Positions 61,177 to 64,000 of a stretch of DNA of 64,000 nucleotides are shown piece after piece (position 1 is the stretch's first letter; every line of letters starts with the position of its first letter). The DNA is taken from positions 682,001 to 746,000 of the forward strand of contig CDLV01000008.1 of the NCBI GenBank assembly GCA_001244265.2. The letters run 5' to 3'. The notes below the pieces were generated by a model that was given only the letters and a program-made list of their open reading frames with translations, was not told the DNA's origin and did not search any database. The translations under genes were made by a program, and so were the position numbers. This DNA comes from Microbotryum violaceum (lineage: Eukaryota).

Positions 61177-61881
61177 GACGACTCGAGGTCTGCTATTGGG
61201 ACAAGCGAAGGTCTTCTCGGATCCTGTTGGACCCAAGATCGAACGACGGGCCGTAGGTACGAGCCGGTGCGGTAGGAGGTGCGAAGCTGAGACTTGCGAC
61301 AGGGGCAACCAGCGATCAGTTAACGCGCTCACGTGTCTCGCCGGATGACGATCGCTCCTGGCAGCTCCGTGGCCAGCTTTTCGTTACCGTCCCAGAACGG
61401 CGTGATTTGAGTAAGTGATAGAGCCAACCAGGGAAAATTCGAAAAGCCCTCATTGTTCCATATGATACGTCGAAAGCAACCACTGCATCGCAAAGAGTTT
61501 TCGAGCGGGCAACTTGTCTACAGCGAACTCGAGTCGGGCTAGCAGTTTCACTGATTTGGCAACACCTCAGCCGTTCCTCAGCATACACCGTGGCTCGCTT
61601 GGCCATATTTTGTCACGTAAAGAACGGCAGGCGCTGGATCGATCTGAAGCGTCAAAGCCGGATCTGCCGACGGCAAGTGTGCTCGACGTGCCGGCCGCCC
61701 CGCTGTGAGGTTCCCGCGGGCTTTCGGCGTGTTGGCGCGAGGCAGACGGCAAGCGACGGCAAACCGGGAGACGGCCAGATGCTGCCAGACGCCAAAACGG
61801 CTAGGGTTGGCCATCTGAGCTGCCTGACGCTAGCTCCCTTCCCTCCCCCTCAACTCGTTCGAACTGCCCTAATCCGCAAAC

Positions 61882-64000
61882 ATGTTGGGAAAGCAAGGTC
61901 GCAACAGTCTTCGTCTATCCGCGGTCGTGCTCAAGTCCAACTCGGTCGCTACACCGGGAGTCGTCGTCGGCGCGGCGTCACGACGGGCTGCCCCACTCAG
62001 CACGCTCGTGCCGTCCTCATCGTCCCGGAAAGGATCAGTCGCAGCCACCTCCTTGGCTCGACCGAATCGTTGGCTGAAATCAAACTTTGCCAGTACGCTC
62101 CCGGGCGATTGTAACTTCGACTGTGGCGAAACTTTACTGACGCTGTAGCCCTCCAACCCACTCGCGGACAGCTACGACCCAAATGCCCGGCGGGACCCCC
62201 ACCACCATCACTCGCTCCGAGGCGGAAGCCGACAAGGGCAAACCCTTGTTTAACAAGATTCTCATTGCGAATCGGCAAGTCAGCGCGTGATTTTTGAAAT
62301 CAAGAGACGCTCGACTCACCTAATCCCTTTCGTATCGTTTCATGCAACAGCGGAGAAATCGCTTGCCGGGTCATGAGGACCGCCCAGGCGCTCGGCATCA
62401 AATGTGTCGCCGTCTTCAGTGAAGCCGATCGCTACAGCATGCACGTCAAAATGGTCAGCGGCATCATTCAAAAAGTTCACGTCGAAATGGGACACATCCG
62501 GTTGCTGACAATAATCGAGTTGCTTCGCTGTCGCCAGGCCGACGAGGCCTACTTGCTCGGACCGGCCCCGAGTGCCGAGAGCTACCTCAGGACCGACAAG
62601 ATCCTCGAGATTTGTCGCATCAGTGGCGCACAGGTGGGTTTCCACGTAATCTGACTTGGTGATCACCAACTGAATCCCAACTCGATTTCCTCTCTCTAGG
62701 CCGTGCACCCTGGTTATGGCTTTCTCTCCGAGAATGCTGGATTTGCCAAAGCCCTGCACGAGAACGGCATCGTTTTCATCGGACCCCCTTCTTCCGCGAT
62801 CGTCTCGATGGGATCCAAATCCGAATCCAAAGACATCATGCTCAAGGCCGGCGTCCCTTGTGTCCCCGGATGGCACCCTTCGACTTCCGCTTCGGCCGAT
62901 TCTCAACTGCCTGACTTTTTGCAAGCCGAGGCCGACAAGATTGGGTACCCCGTTTTGATCAAAGCTGTTTCGGGCGGAGGTGGGAAGGGCATGAAGATTG
63001 TTGATCGACAAGATGATTTCAAGGAACAGCTTGCTAGTGCGAAGCGAGAAGGGATGAAGAGTTTCGGCGATGATACTGTTTTACTCGAAAAGTACCTCTC
63101 GACCCCTCGCCGTAAGTGACACAAACCTCTCGACTTGGCCAGACACCATACTGATGATTATTGTGACCTCCGTATTCACAGACGTCGAGGTGCAAGTCTT
63201 TTCGGATGCTCATGGTAACCACGTCTCCCTCTTTGAGCGCGACTGCTCGGTCCAACGACGTCACCAAAAGATCATCGAGGAGGCCCCCGCACCAGGCCTC
63301 GACCCCGTATTGCGCGAACGCCTGTACGAGATGGCCCGCAAAGCCGCCGAAGCGGTCGAGTACCGAGGTGCGGGAACGGTCGAGTTCATCATGGACGCCC
63401 AAGACCCCAACAAGTTCTTCTTCATGGAGATGAACACGCGGCTCCAGGTTGAACATCCTGTTACGGAGGCGATTACGGGCGTCGATTTGGTGCAGTGGCA
63501 ATTGGAAGTCGCGGCGGGGAACCCGATTCCGCTTAAACAGAACGAGATCAAGCGTACGGGTCATGCGTTCGAGTGCCGTATTTATGCCGAGAACCCGAGG
63601 AACAACTTCTTGCCCGATACGGGCCTATTGAGGCATGTCAAGCCTCCTGCCACATCTTCCAACGTCCGAATGGAAACCGGCTTTGGTACCGGGGATGAGA
63701 TCAGCGTGAGTCGATTCTCCACCGGATCCATTGACAACGACGACTAGCTTATTCCCTCGCATCCTGCCTCCTATAGGTTTTTTACGACCCCCTAATCGCC
63801 AAACTGATCGTCCACGGCTCGGACCGAACAGAGGCCCTCCGCGTCCTGCGCAAAGCTTTGGCCGAATACCAAGTCGTCGGCCCTCAGACCAACATCGAGT
63901 TCCTAAAGCGATTGTCCGAGCATGAGTCATTCATTGCTGGAGACGTCGAGACTGGGTTCATTCCTGTCAGTATGCACCGCTCGGTTGAGTAATGATTGAT
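61882..64000 (+). CDS. MCCC1: 3-methylcrotonyl-CoA carboxylase alpha (biotin carboxylase) subunit, 3' truncated by the window
   Basis: Presequence; [91 protein letters not shown]. Confidence 0.9.

Overview
Eukaryotic, intron-rich, GC-rich fungal genomic DNA, consistent with a basidiomycete (probably Pucciniomycotina; the lineage is inferred). About 24 protein-coding genes were reconstructed by hand across introns: Fes1, an alpha/beta hydrolase, three tandem secreted GPI-type Ser/Thr-rich proteins, a DJ-1/PfpI protein, thioredoxin, RBBP4/Hat2, a KH-domain protein, a SNF2 ATPase with PHD-like fingers, importin-5/Pse1, a coiled-coil protein, carnitine acetyltransferase, a UIM-containing orphan, GAR1, a Nup37-like WD40 protein, a small secreted protein, two amino acid permeases, proline iminopeptidase, mitochondrial uL15, Mic19, EME1 and the 5' part of MCC alpha. 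The window also holds a decayed DIRS/Ngaro-type retrotransposon. The most striking signals concern splicing. A thioredoxin invisible in the ORF track has its WCGPC active site assembled from 7-nt and 6-nt micro-exons and its ATG split by an intron. There are also four GCAAGT-donor GC-AG introns and an in-frame EME1 intron ending in A24-G. No rRNA, tRNA or CRISPR array was seen. All gene models are manual and need RNA-seq confirmation.
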